This document shows positions 1 through 11,570 of a DNA stretch of 64,000 bases, piece after piece. Within the stretch, counting starts at the first letter, position 1. Each line of letters starts with the position of its first letter. The notes under the pieces are model-generated. The model was not told where the DNA came from. It saw only the letters and a program-made list of their open reading frames with translations, and ran no database searches. The position numbers were made by a program, and so were the translations under genes. Origin of the DNA: Candidatus Enterousia sp. (GTDB taxonomy: Bacteria; Pseudomonadota; Alphaproteobacteria; Rs-D84); assembly GCA_045646625.1 (NCBI GenBank), contig JAZRLB010000004.1, positions 2,323 to 66,322 of the forward strand, in the 5' to 3' direction.

Positions 1-28
1 GCCAGTCGGCGGTTTTTTTGTTTGCGCT

Positions 29-1018
29 TTAGAACCATTTCCACGGTTGCAATACCTTTAACAACCCCAGCGCAGTACGTTTATCCGCATAGGTATGACC
101 ACAACGAGGGCAAACGTTGAATGGCTTGATAATGGCTTTGACTTTGCCGAACACCAGGTGCCACAGATATATTCCCAGCGCCCAGGCCGCAATTACCAAT
201 CCCCACGCGACATAACCAAAATATGTATCAACCGTGCGTGTAATTACTGTGATAGTTGTTATGTCTGATTTTGATAAATCATCATAGATTTTGGTAGCAA
301 CTGGCCAGGATGATGGACGCCAAGGATACACGTGTTTAATACCATAGTTGGTTAGCAACGTTGTTCCCAAACCACCCGACTGTTTATCCAGCGCAGATTT
401 TATTGCGCTGTCTAGCATTGTATCAACCTCGGCCTGGGCAACGCGCGTCAAATCGGTTTTGACTTTGTCTAACTGGGCGTTAACCTTGGCGGCGGTGTTA
501 TCAACACTGGCAATCGCTTCGTTAGTTTTTGCAATGCCAGCATCCACGTCTGCGACCGCTTTGTCAATACCGTCCGTTTTGGCGCCAAACATTTTCGCAA
601 AGCCGGACAATTTTTTTACACTTTCGGTTTGTTTACTGGCCGCAGTTGTTTTTTCGCGCGCAACGGCCGTTGTATCCGTCACTTTGTCAACAGCATCTTC
701 GGCCAGTTTCACTTTGTCCAACGCAACCGCAATCGGTTTTTCCAGATTGATTGATTTCGCAACACCGTCCAGCAATGCTTCGTACTGTTTTACAATGCCG
801 CGTTGCAAGTCAAAGAACATTGATACGACAATAGATTTCTTAATCGGTTGGGAATATGTGTTTTTTACGTGCAAAGGAAACCATATCAACAACGCAAACC
901 AAATTACAGTAAATATGGTGATAAATGTTTTTACTGAGCGCACCAATGACCGCTTTTTAGCAACAGTTTTGACGCCACCCATATCAATAACTTCTATTTC
1001 TTTCTTTTTTCTGGCCAT
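29..1018 (-). CDS. hypothetical membrane protein: N-terminal TM, long Ala/Lys/Asp-rich coiled coil, C-terminal TM and CPRCGH zinc-ribbon-like motif
   Basis: 329-aa ORF; hydrophobic segments near both termini; CxxC..H motif at C-terminus; no family recognised. Confidence 0.5.
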   Translation of the reverse strand: MARKKKEIEVIDMGGVKTVAKKRSLVRSVKTFITIFTVIWFALLIWFPLHVKNTYSQPIKKSIVVSMFFDLQRGIVKQYEALLDGVAKSINLEKPIAVALDKVKLAEDAVDKVTDTTAVAREKTTAASKQTESVKKLSGFAKMFGAKTDGIDKAVADVDAGIAKTNEAIASVDNTAAKVNAQLDKVKTDLTRVAQAEVDTMLDSAIKSALDKQSGGLGTTLLTNYGIKHVYPWRPSSWPVATKIYDDLSKSDITTITVITRTVDTYFGYVAWGLVIAAWALGIYLWHLVFGKVKAIIKPFNVCPRCGHTYADKRTALGLLKVLQPWKWF

Positions 1019-1080
1019 AAAAAAACTCCTTTACATTATGTAATGGAGTTTAGACGAACATTGTGCCGTTTTGCAATAAA

Positions 1081-2528
<1,448 letters not shown>

Positions 2529-2540
2529 TTATTTCCTTGG

Positions 2541-2942
2541 TTAGTCTTTGGAATTTGCCATCGAAATTTTTATCTGCTGCGTATGATGTTGATATACGAA
2601 CTGCATCTGGGCCAGCAAACGATGCATAGCAACAACATTGCGCCCCAGCGCAAATGTTAATTCAGACATTTTATCACCATCATCACGGGCACGTTCCAGT
2701 TGTGCTTCTATTTTTTCTGTGCACTTTTGCAACGCACGATAATCTTTGAACAGTTTGGCATAATCACGATTATCCACCAACGCGCCCCCATCGCGATTGA
2801 TGAATTTTTCAATGGCGTTTTTTGCCATTTTGGAATTCAATAACATTTTACCGTATTTTAAGGTCGCCTTTTTTTCAGCCTTGGTGTTCAGAAAACGCTT
2901 TAAAATTTTTGGATTTGCCAATACACGAAGCCACGCTGCCAT
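2541..2942 (-). CDS. hypothetical helical protein between M16 peptidase and tgt
   Basis: 133-aa ORF, same strand as neighbours, 4-16 nt gaps to them; no family recognised. Confidence 0.45.
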   Translation of the reverse strand: MAAWLRVLANPKILKRFLNTKAEKKATLKYGKMLLNSKMAKNAIEKFINRDGGALVDNRDYAKLFKDYRALQKCTEKIEAQLERARDDGDKMSELTFALGRNVVAMHRLLAQMQFVYQHHTQQIKISMANSKD

Positions 2943-2945
2943 AAA

Positions 2946-4235
2946 TTACCCCCCTTTGACTGTCGGCTTAAAGTTGTTTTGCCATATGGCCATCAGGTCT
3001 GCATCAAAATCTGCCCCCTGGGTTATAATAGATATCGGACCACCAAAATAGCCACGACTATTTTCAACTACATCTGAGACAGTTATTTTATCGAACTGTT
3101 CCAACACCCAATTAAAATCGTAAATACGGCCGTGGTTTTGATAAAAACTAATTAACCTATCTCGACGTGCGGACGAACTTTCCAACCAGTCGGCATCACC
3201 CAGACTGTCTTTGCGATTATATCTGTCCAGGTCATCAGATGTAATTTCTGGCGAATTGTAAATTCGATACGCGTGTTTCGCAATCAATGCCACCACCTGG
3301 GCAATGTTATCCGCAGCGGTTTCCGTAGCAAAGCCGTTCCAGCTGTGCTGATGATTGCCGGCGGCAAAACCACCAAAACCGTACACCAGACCGTTATCTT
3401 GGCGCAAGATGTCGGCAATTTGTTTGTTCATATAACGCTCAAATCGCCCCACGCATATGTTTTTGAAATAGTTTTCAAACGCATTGCCCCATTTGTCTGG
3501 AAATAATATACGCAGGCGAACATTGTTGTTGGGTTTAGAATTGTGAAATACGCCCGGTGTGTATGGTATATATGTATCATGAACGACATCGTGCGTTGGT
3601 AAAAATGCAAAGGATTTTTCTAATTGTGTCAAAATAGCATCTGGATCCGATATCTGGCCGGAAATTGCAATGATACAATTTCTGGCGGATAAACGACGCG
3701 ATAAGAATTCCAACATCTGGTCGCGTGTAAATGAATTTATGGTTTCAACTGTTCCCAGATTACGTGTTGAAAATGTTCGATTACCGAACAAGCGTTCTGA
3801 CATAAAATCATCAAACTGACGCCCTGGGTTGTCCAGTGCACGACGCAGTTCATCGCAGATAACACGACGTTCTATTTCAATCTTGGCCGGATCAAACAAT
3901 GAATTTTGCAACTGATCCCCGATATAATCTATCAAAACATTAACATTTGATGCCAGAATGCGCCCATAAAATGCCAGTGACGAAGAACCTGTTGAGGCAT
4001 TGCGCACCGCACCATGATAATCCATATAATCATCAATCGCCTTTTTATTGGGAAATCGGGGCGTTCCCTTGCACAGCATATGTTCACAAAAATGCGTTAT
4101 GCCGTATTCGTTGGGCGCTTCGTCCCGCGAACCGGTCAAAAAAGCAACACGAACCGCAGTTGTTTCAAGTTCCATTGGGTCCAAGATAACAGAAACGCCA
4201 TTGGATAATTTGTGCAAGGTCGGATTATATTTCAT
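2946..4235 (-). CDS. M16 (pitrilysin/insulinase) family zinc peptidase
   Basis: Inverted zinc motif HFCEHM (HxxEH) near N-terminus; start placed at MKYNPTL, 10 nt after queA stop; ORF track extends to 4274. Confidence 0.8.
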   Translation of the reverse strand: MKYNPTLHKLSNGVSVILDPMELETTAVRVAFLTGSRDEAPNEYGITHFCEHMLCKGTPRFPNKKAIDDYMDYHGAVRNASTGSSSLAFYGRILASNVNVLIDYIGDQLQNSLFDPAKIEIERRVICDELRRALDNPGRQFDDFMSERLFGNRTFSTRNLGTVETINSFTRDQMLEFLSRRLSARNCIIAISGQISDPDAILTQLEKSFAFLPTHDVVHDTYIPYTPGVFHNSKPNNNVRLRILFPDKWGNAFENYFKNICVGRFERYMNKQIADILRQDNGLVYGFGGFAAGNHQHSWNGFATETAADNIAQVVALIAKHAYRIYNSPEITSDDLDRYNRKDSLGDADWLESSSARRDRLISFYQNHGRIYDFNWVLEQFDKITVSDVVENSRGYFGGPISIITQGADFDADLMAIWQNNFKPTVKGG

Positions 4236-5262
4236 TGCATCGCCCTTTCTTGAACAACAGACAACAATCACCATAACTGAAAAAACGGTATTTTTCGGCC
4301 ACAGCGTGTGAATATGCTTTTTTCATTTCATCCAATCCAGCAAAAGCGGACACCAACATAAATAATGTTGATTTTGGCAAATGAAAATTGGTTAATAGGA
4401 CATCAACCGCACGGAATTCATAGCCCGGCGTAATAAATATATCTGTGGTCGAACAAAATGGCGCAACACGGCGATACTTATTAGGTTCACTGTTACGTAT
4501 TGCCGCACTTTCCAACAATCGCAGGGATGTAGTACCCACTGCAATTACACGTGTGGCTTTGTTAATTTTTGCGGCCTGATCGTCTGTAATGCATCCCCAT
4601 TCGCTGTGCATTTTGTGCTGCGATAAATCTTCGGTTTTCACCGGTAACCAAGTACCCGCACCAACATGCAATGTTATATTTACAATTTCTGCACCACGGG
4701 CGCGAATTTCGTCCAGTAATTCAGGCGTAAAATGCAAGCCCGCCGTCGGTGCCGCCATTGACCCAAGCGGCTGGGCATAAACCGTTTGATAACGTTCGCG
4801 GTCTGCAATTTCTGCATCACGTTTCATATATGGCGGCAATGGCATCTTGCCGACCGCGTCCAGCGTTTCTAATACGTTATCACATAAAAATTCTAGTTTC
4901 AGACCACTGTCGTCATCGTGCGCCAAAACACGAATTTGCGTTCCGTTATCCAATGTCAGAATTGTACCGTCCGGAATTTTATTGAACCGCTTGCACAGCC
5001 CCCACCAAGTTTTATCGTCAACGGCGGTGTGCAATGTGATTTCGTGCTTGCCGTCCGCCATAAAGCGCGCCGGAATTACACGCGAATTGTTAAACACAAC
5101 AACATCGCCTGGGCGCAGACAATCCAGAAAATTACGGACAAGTTTGTCGACAATTGCGCCGCCATTAACCACCAACATACGCGACGCATCGCGTTGTTCC
5201 AATGGATGCGACGCGATTAATTCAGGCGGCAACTCAAAATCAAAATCAGATAATGTTAACAT
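4225..5262 (-). CDS. queA: S-adenosylmethionine:tRNA ribosyltransferase-isomerase
   Basis: 345 aa; MLTLSDFDFELPPELIASHPLEQRDASRMLVV N-terminus characteristic of QueA. Confidence 0.95.
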   Translation of the reverse strand: MLTLSDFDFELPPELIASHPLEQRDASRMLVVNGGAIVDKLVRNFLDCLRPGDVVVFNNSRVIPARFMADGKHEITLHTAVDDKTWWGLCKRFNKIPDGTILTLDNGTQIRVLAHDDDSGLKLEFLCDNVLETLDAVGKMPLPPYMKRDAEIADRERYQTVYAQPLGSMAAPTAGLHFTPELLDEIRARGAEIVNITLHVGAGTWLPVKTEDLSQHKMHSEWGCITDDQAAKINKATRVIAVGTTSLRLLESAAIRNSEPNKYRRVAPFCSTTDIFITPGYEFRAVDVLLTNFHLPKSTLFMLVSAFAGLDEMKKAYSHAVAEKYRFFSYGDCCLLFKKGRCNEI

Positions 5263-5655
5263 TTATAAGGAACGTGTCTTGGGTTGGCCGATTTCGGCGC
5301 GCAATTTGTTTATTTCCTGGATTGTTTCCAGCTCGCGCGTGGAATAGCTGTTTATACGGGTCATTTCAACCGAGTATGAACGCAGAATTCGTTGACTTTG
5401 GTGGGCAAGTGGCAAATAATGGTATGTCAGCGTATCGCCTGGAATCATATACTGATAAAAAGCATTAGATGTGCTATCCGCACCAAAACCGATACTCGCT
5501 TCGGCATAACCGTCTGAATTTCTGTCCAGATACAGCACGCCATCACGCTTTGCAACGACAACATCCTGGAATTCTACGTTATCGCGATCACACGAGCCCA
5601 TAAACGGAACGGATGCCACCAATAAATACGGAACAATTTTTTTATATCTTCTCAT
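5263..5655 (-). CDS. hypothetical lipoprotein
   Basis: Signal peptide ending ...PFMGSC (lipobox-like); 130 aa; abuts queA start. Confidence 0.5.
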   Translation of the reverse strand: MRRYKKIVPYLLVASVPFMGSCDRDNVEFQDVVVAKRDGVLYLDRNSDGYAEASIGFGADSTSNAFYQYMIPGDTLTYHYLPLAHQSQRILRSYSVEMTRINSYSTRELETIQEINKLRAEIGQPKTRSL

Positions 5656-5664
5656 AAAACATCC

Positions 5665-6561
5665 TTATTTTTTAAATTCCAGGCCCTGGTCGGTATAATT
5701 TTCAGCCTTGTCTTCCCAGTCCGGTTCAACACGCACAAACAGGTGCAAGCGCGCATTCACCCCCCACTGGTCCTGAATATCGTGACGGGCAGCCATACCA
5801 ATCTGTTTCAATTGTGCGCCACCACGCCCAACAACAATCTTTTTATGTCCTTCGTTGCGGACCGCAATTTTTTGATAAATATCCAAGACACCATCAGCAT
5901 CAACATCAACACGTTCAGTGACAACATTGATATGATATGGCAATTCCTGATGAATGTATTTATAAATCTTTTCACGGGTCAATTCCGCCAGATACAATTC
6001 ATCGGGCACATCAGGCGCATCGGTCGGGTCAAACAAGTATGGGCTTTCCGGCATAACATTCGCCAGCGCAGTCAACATTTTTTCAATCCCATCATTTTTC
6101 AATGCAGAAATCATAAAGATTTCAGCCCACGGTGCCAATGAATTTAATTCCGCAACCATTGGCAGCAATTCCAGTTTAGCAATTGCATCAACCTTGTTCA
6201 ATGCGACAAAAATATTTGGACGGTCGGCAATTTTTTGAGCCAAGGCACGAATTGTTTCGGTAACACCCTTTTGCGCGTCAACCAACAACAACACCGCATC
6301 TGCATCAGATACCGCATCCATAGCGGCGGCAACCATCGCCCGATCCAAACGACGCGAAGGTTTAAAAACCCCGGGGGTATCAACGAATACCAGTTGTTTT
6401 TCACCAACCATTTTGACGGCACGCAGACGGGTGCGCGTGGTCTGAACCTTGTGCGAAACAATGGATACTTTACGTCCCATAATTTGGTTTAACAATGTAC
6501 TTTTGCCCGCGTTCGTCGGGCCGATAATGGCAACAAAGCCGGAATATGTTTTTTCTGTCAT
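5665..6561 (-). CDS. era: GTPase Era
   Basis: G1 motif GPTNAGKST, DTPG, NKVD, KH domain at C-terminus; start set at MTEKTYSGFVAIIG (ATG at 6561) rather than the upstream-extended ORF to 6705. Confidence 0.9.
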   Translation of the reverse strand: MTEKTYSGFVAIIGPTNAGKSTLLNQIMGRKVSIVSHKVQTTRTRLRAVKMVGEKQLVFVDTPGVFKPSRRLDRAMVAAAMDAVSDADAVLLLVDAQKGVTETIRALAQKIADRPNIFVALNKVDAIAKLELLPMVAELNSLAPWAEIFMISALKNDGIEKMLTALANVMPESPYLFDPTDAPDVPDELYLAELTREKIYKYIHQELPYHINVVTERVDVDADGVLDIYQKIAVRNEGHKKIVVGRGGAQLKQIGMAARHDIQDQWGVNARLHLFVRVEPDWEDKAENYTDQGLEFKK

Positions 6562-6662
6562 AACAAAAAGTGTATCACAACAATTTGAAAAGTAAACAAA
6601 AACGTTGCAAATTCGCAGATTTGTGCTAAATCTGAACTTATAAGAAAACAAAGGATTTTTAT

Positions 6663-7370
6663 ATGCAATTAACAGGTCCAGAAATTCTGCGCAGAATGAC
6701 CGCAAAAGGAAAGCCTGATATTATTATTGAACCGTTTGATTTAAGATGTCTGGGCAGCAACAGTTATGACTTACACTTGGCAGACACACTGCGCATTTAC
6801 AAGCACACATTGCCGATTGGTATGAAACCTGCAATCGAATACAAAGGCAGCAGATTTTTGCACTCTATGGCTGACTGGTTCAACGATAAAGAATCATACG
6901 AATTATACACAAAGCATCCCGAACACTATGACATTCGGAATCCGGAACGTCTTGTTGACCCAACCAACCCCAAACATCACGAAACAATCGACATAAAAAT
7001 ACCCGAAACGGGTCTGATTTTGTCACCAGATATCGGCTATCTGGGATCGACAGTGGAATATACAGAAACACGCAACTTGTTCCCGTATATTGACGGAAAA
7101 TCCAGTGTTGGACGCAATTTTATCTTAAATCACCACACCGCCGGTCGTGGTGACGATGGTTTCTGTGGGGAATGGACATTGGAAATCCGCGTACTGTACC
7201 CAACGGTTGTTTATCCATATATGCGAATTGGTCAGATTTACTATGAAAAATTTGCTGGCAATCGCATGCCATACGATAAAAACCCGAACAGTCACTATAA
7301 TGCACAACGCGGTCCAACGGCAGCAGCAGTCATTCCGATTGATAATTTCTTGAAAGATAAACAAAGATAA
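6663..7370 (+). CDS. dcd: dCTP deaminase family protein
   Basis: MQLTGPEILRRM...SYDLHL N-terminus typical of Dcd/dUTPase-fold deaminases; longer (235 aa) than E. coli Dcd. Confidence 0.75.
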   Translation: MQLTGPEILRRMTAKGKPDIIIEPFDLRCLGSNSYDLHLADTLRIYKHTLPIGMKPAIEYKGSRFLHSMADWFNDKESYELYTKHPEHYDIRNPERLVDPTNPKHHETIDIKIPETGLILSPDIGYLGSTVEYTETRNLFPYIDGKSSVGRNFILNHHTAGRGDDGFCGEWTLEIRVLYPTVVYPYMRIGQIYYEKFAGNRMPYDKNPNSHYNAQRGPTAAAVIPIDNFLKDKQR

Positions 7371-7602
7371 AAAAATTGACAAAAACCACTTGACAATTTT
7401 TTATTTGTAATTATATTTTATACGTAATCTTTGGTTCCCCGGTCGGGGCGGGCTGCCGAGACAGATGGCAAGTCGGGGTGTTTGTATCTTAACAGATGCC
7501 TGAATGTACACTGTGAATTGATTTTATCGCAGTGAACCAATCAACAAAAAAACAAAATATTAACATACAGCAAAGTGCGGCGATTAAGTTCGCAGCGCTT
7601 GG

Positions 7603-8295
7603 TTGATTGCAAAGGAGGATAAAATGAATTTTAAATGGACATTAAGTTATGTTATTGCAGGCGCAGGAATCTTGTCTAGTCCAACCACAGGCTCTGTCAA
7701 CAACACAAAAAACTTTGAAGCAGCCGGTAAAAAAATCGAACTGCGTAAAGACAGCATCCAGAAATTAGACACCGGCAGCGCCACACCACGTGTTTTAAGC
7801 TGCGAATCTCAGGGCAAAGACGTATTGTACAAATATGACAATGGCCAGGTTTCCAGACGCAGTGGCGGAACACGCGCCTGGCGCAACTGCAATCCAGGCA
7901 ATTTGAGACTGACACCATTTTCACGCGAAAATGGCGCAATCGGCAAAGCTGGCGGGTTCGCTGTTTTCCCAGACGTAGAGACAGGTCGTCGCGCATTGGG
8001 GAACTTGTTGCGTTCCGAAAACTATATTAACAAGACAATTCGCGCAGCAATTTATAAATATGCGCCACCACATGAAAACAATGTCGCGTCATATAATCGC
8101 CAGCTGATTAAATTGACAGGTTTGGACATCAACAAAAAAATCAGTTCCTTGACTGGGAAACAGTTGGAATCGGTTATAAATGCAATTTGTGTTGTCGAAG
8201 GATGGCGCGAAGGCAAGGAGACAGTTTGTGTTCAAGCAAATACAAACAAACGTCCAGAAATGTTGTTGGCACAGGCGAATATACGCACACGATAA
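7603..8295 (+). CDS. hypothetical secreted protein (RAWRNCNPGNLR motif)
   Basis: 230 aa; hydrophobic N-terminal segment; no confident family assignment. Confidence 0.5.
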   Translation: MIAKEDKMNFKWTLSYVIAGAGILSSPTTGSVNNTKNFEAAGKKIELRKDSIQKLDTGSATPRVLSCESQGKDVLYKYDNGQVSRRSGGTRAWRNCNPGNLRLTPFSRENGAIGKAGGFAVFPDVETGRRALGNLLRSENYINKTIRAAIYKYAPPHENNVASYNRQLIKLTGLDINKKISSLTGKQLESVINAICVVEGWREGKETVCVQANTNKRPEMLLAQANIRTR

Positions 8296-8321
8296 AAAAA
8301 TCGCCAATCGGGGATTTTTTT
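8294..8321. terminator. bidirectional intrinsic terminator between secreted-protein gene and prfB
   Basis: aaaaaaatcgcc-aatc-ggggattttttt: A-run/hairpin/T-run. Confidence 0.6.
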
Positions 8322-9391
8322 ATTGCCGCTGCAAACACGCCAACATAAATTCATCCAAATCGCCATCCAATACCGCATCTGAATCCGTTTTTTCAACGCC
8401 CGTCCGCACATCTTTGACCAGCTTATACGGATACAGAACATAGTTTCGGATTTGGCTGCCCCACTCTATCTTTTTCTGGGCGGCTTTGGCGGCATCTTCG
8501 GCGGCCGCACGTTTTTGTAATTCCAGTTCATACAGTTTACTGCGCAACATTTTCATCGCCATTTCACGGTTTTGAATCTGGCTGCGTTCATTCTGACACG
8601 TCACGACCGTGTTGGTCGGGATGTGTGTAATTCTGACCGCACTGTCGGTTTTATTTACGTGCTGACCGCCCGCACCAGACGCACGATACGTATCAACACG
8701 TAAATCTTTGTCATTAATCTCTATTTCAATCGTATCATCAATATCAGGCCATACGTCTACAGATGCAAAACTGGTCTGACGCTTGCCATTGGCGTTAAAC
8801 GGGGAAATGCGCACCAGGCGATGCACACCAATCTCGTTCTTTAACCAGCCGTACGCCCGCTCGCCAGATATACGGTATGTTATGTTTTTTATACCCGCAG
8901 TATCACCCGCGTGTTCTTCGATGACCTCGATAAAAAAACCGTGACGTTCAGCCCAACGTGAATACATCCGCGACATCATTTGTGCCCAATCTTGAGCCTC
9001 GGTCCCGCCAGCACCAGCCTGGATAAATAAAAACGCACCACTGCCGTCCGCAGGCTCGCGAAACAGGGTGATAAACTTGGCACGATGCGCAGATTCCGAC
9101 AATTCCATAATCGAATGAACAACATCCGGATCTTCGGGCGCCAGTTCATACAAATCACAAAGATTTTTGTATTCTGATTCCAACGTGCGTAATTCAGTCA
9201 ACATACGTTCCAGACCGGACTTTTTCTGCAACAACGCACGCGCATTGTCAGGATTGCTCCACAAATCTGGGGCATTCACACTGATATTCAGTTCATCTAT
9301 TTGTGATTGCAATTTTTCGGGGTCAAAGAAACCCCCTGACGGCAGAAACGTCGTCGGATATTTGTACTAAAATTTCATTTCCATTAATCAT
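8320..9391 (-). CDS. prfB: peptide chain release factor 2, translated with programmed +1 ribosomal frameshift
   Basis: Frame 0: ATG at 9391 encodes MINGNEILVQISDDVSAVRGFL then in-frame TGA; the +1 frame continues DPEKLQSQIDELN...SGAGGQHVNKTDSAVRITHIP (GGQ motif) to 8320. Confidence 0.9.
9322..9337 (-). promoter_or_regulatory. prfB +1 frameshift site: internal SD-like AGGGGG followed by CUU UGA C
   Basis: Minus-strand sequence AGGGGGTTTCTTTGAC matches the classic RF2 autoregulatory shifty site. Confidence 0.85.
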
Positions 9392-9486
9392 TGGATTTAA
9401 TCTTATCAGTTTATTTCACTAAATCAAATGAATGTTTGCCTTTTTTTATGTTTTATGATAAAATCAGTGCAACGAGAGGGAGTTTC

Positions 9487-10734
9487 ATGAAACATTTTCT
9501 GTGTGTTTTTGGTGTGATTGGGGCCTGTTTGTTGGCTAACAGCGCATCCGCCGTGTCCGCTGGAACGGTCAGTGCAGCAGACAAAAACCGCGCCCCGACA
9601 ATCCAGACGCCAACGGCTTCGGGTGGCGCACGTGGGTATGCAGGAGCTGCAAATGCATATAAAACAAATCAGCGCAACACTTATTTTATGGTGACACAGC
9701 CAGACGTTGATACCGCTTGCAGAACTAAAATTTTTAACTGTCTGTCAGATTATTGCGGTGACGTGACGGTTGTACCAGGCCAGCGTGAATCAAAGTGCAA
9801 ATACGCAACGGAAAGCGAACTGTATAACTATGCATTGTTGTGTCTGCAACGTGACACAGAAATACTGTTGCCACAATATGGCGCAAATACGCAAAATTAT
9901 ACCGGCGGAATGAATACGGCGGCGCGTCTGTGTCCTTCTTATGTACAACAGGAATTGATGTCATATCTGTCAATGGCGAATATGGCGACACAATTGTCCA
10001 AATCTAATTCTGACCTATGTATTCAAAGGCGTCAGGAATTAGAAGCCGCGATGGCCTGTCATTCTGTTGCATTGGCGTATGGGAATGAAACGACCAGTAT
10101 GTTATTAACACAGCTGACTGACTATTGTGGCGCAGGCGTCCCAGGTGGCAGCGCAGAAATGGTCACACGCTTTGCAAACGCGGGCAACGTAGGCGCAAAT
10201 ATATGGGGCTGGGCAGAAAAGATTGTTAGTCTGGATATGAATAAAAAAGGCGCAGACTGGCAGTCGGCGGTTGATGCAGTTTTAGCAAGTTATACAAATC
10301 GTATGAACCTGGCCTGTGGCGATGATATGAAAATAAATACGGTCGCGCACGACTCGACTACAAATCAGCCATCCGCACTACAGACACTGGCAACTTTGGC
10401 TGCGGGTGTTGCGATGCCAACCGTGACACAAAAAATAGAAAACCCATATCAAAACCAATCTATTTGGATGGAAGTACGATCAATGAGCGATGAAATATAT
10501 AGTTACGATCGCGCATTCAATGTCGTCCAAGCCGCAATGTCATTGCCATCAACAACACAGAACGCATTCCTGACCAGCGCACAGGTTGACGATATGAAAA
10601 CAGCATACATACGTGGCACCAAGGTTTTCATATTACGCGACAGCGCGCATTGTTATATAATACCCGTTGTACAGCTGACCGATTCAGAAGAATCGATGGT
10701 CGCGCAATCATTCGCAAACTGTATCGCGAAATAA
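9487..10734 (+). CDS. hypothetical secreted Cys-rich protein
   Basis: Start at MKHFLCVFGVIGACLLANSASA (signal peptide) preceded by GAGGGAG SD; about 16 Cys; 416 aa; no family recognised. Confidence 0.55.
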   Translation: MKHFLCVFGVIGACLLANSASAVSAGTVSAADKNRAPTIQTPTASGGARGYAGAANAYKTNQRNTYFMVTQPDVDTACRTKIFNCLSDYCGDVTVVPGQRESKCKYATESELYNYALLCLQRDTEILLPQYGANTQNYTGGMNTAARLCPSYVQQELMSYLSMANMATQLSKSNSDLCIQRRQELEAAMACHSVALAYGNETTSMLLTQLTDYCGAGVPGGSAEMVTRFANAGNVGANIWGWAEKIVSLDMNKKGADWQSAVDAVLASYTNRMNLACGDDMKINTVAHDSTTNQPSALQTLATLAAGVAMPTVTQKIENPYQNQSIWMEVRSMSDEIYSYDRAFNVVQAAMSLPSTTQNAFLTSAQVDDMKTAYIRGTKVFILRDSAHCYIIPVVQLTDSEESMVAQSFANCIAK

Positions 10735-10739
10735 TAAAA

Positions 10740-10762
10740 CGCCCATGCGGGCGTTCTTTGTT
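10740..10762 (+). terminator. intrinsic terminator
   Basis: cgcccatgcgggcg hairpin followed by ttctttgtt. Confidence 0.6.
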
Positions 10763-10767
10763 GAAAT

Positions 10768-10796
10768 AAAAAAATCCCGAATTCGGGATTTTTTTT
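10768..10796. terminator. bidirectional intrinsic terminator
   Basis: aaaaaaatcccgaattcgggatttttttt. Confidence 0.7.
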
Positions 10797-11550
10797 ATTC
10801 TGATATTTCCGAGTCGGTATTTTCAGCGCGACCCTCGACTGCGCGCGCAACCGTTTCCAGTTGCAACAACTGGTTTTCCAACGCTGCGCGTTCTGATGAT
10901 TTATAACCTGTTTCTTGGTCTGATTTGACCGTTGCAGTTTCATTCGTAGTCACTTCTTTATTCTTGGTGCCAGATATCGCAGGATTAATCAAGTTATTAT
11001 AAATCTCTATCGCCTGATGCGTGCCAGCCATATCGCGCGCTAACAACTTGTTCTCAGGACCAGGAAAGAACCAATCATCCAATTTTACCGCGGTTATCTG
11101 CATAATTGGACGTGTGCGCGACTGGGCCAGCCATTTTGGCAAAAACGGCATATCAGAATAATACCACAGCGCACCCCAGTAAAATATCCCCATCACGACA
11201 ACACCACGAACAATACCAAAGATTACCCCCAAGGTTTTGTCGGTGACGTTCATAATACTGTCCTGGATTTTATCGCGCAGTTTCTGATTCAAAAACCCAA
11301 CCAGTATTAAAACCGCAAAGAATATGATAAAATAGGATGCGACCAACGTGCCAACCGTCGATTCAGACAAATCAAACCAGGACTGTAAAATACCATCCAA
11401 CCAAGGTGATGCGAAACGCGCAGAAATCGCCGCCACAACCCAAGACAATGTCGCAATCGTTTCATAAACGCCACCACGAATTGTCGCCCAAATTGTGGAC
11501 GCCAATATGGCGCCCACATATACATAATCAAGTGCAGTTAAATCAAACAT
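10795..11550 (-). CDS. cvpA: CvpA-family (colicin V production) membrane protein
   Basis: Four predicted TM helices in first 150 aa with CvpA-like topology, charged C-terminal tail. Confidence 0.65.
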   Translation of the reverse strand: MFDLTALDYVYVGAILASTIWATIRGGVYETIATLSWVVAAISARFASPWLDGILQSWFDLSESTVGTLVASYFIIFFAVLILVGFLNQKLRDKIQDSIMNVTDKTLGVIFGIVRGVVVMGIFYWGALWYYSDMPFLPKWLAQSRTRPIMQITAVKLDDWFFPGPENKLLARDMAGTHQAIEIYNNLINPAISGTKNKEVTTNETATVKSDQETGYKSSERAALENQLLQLETVARAVEGRAENTDSEISE

Positions 11551-11570
11551 ATTTTCCCCAGACTAGGTGA

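Noticed and set aside
348-1043. 231-aa + strand ORF overlapping the 29-1018 minus-strand gene
   Set aside because: Low-complexity Ala/Ser/Thr-rich translation of the antisense of a coiled-coil gene; the minus-strand frame has the better coding character.
4847-5347. 166-aa and 100-aa + strand ORFs inside queA
   Set aside because: Antisense to a well-conserved gene with no independent support.
5665-6705. Era with a 48-codon N-terminal extension as in the ORF track
   Set aside because: The extension is Cys/Phe-rich with no homology; the canonical Era N-terminus begins at MTEKTYSGFVAIIG (ATG 6561), so the upstream part is read-through of the intergenic region.
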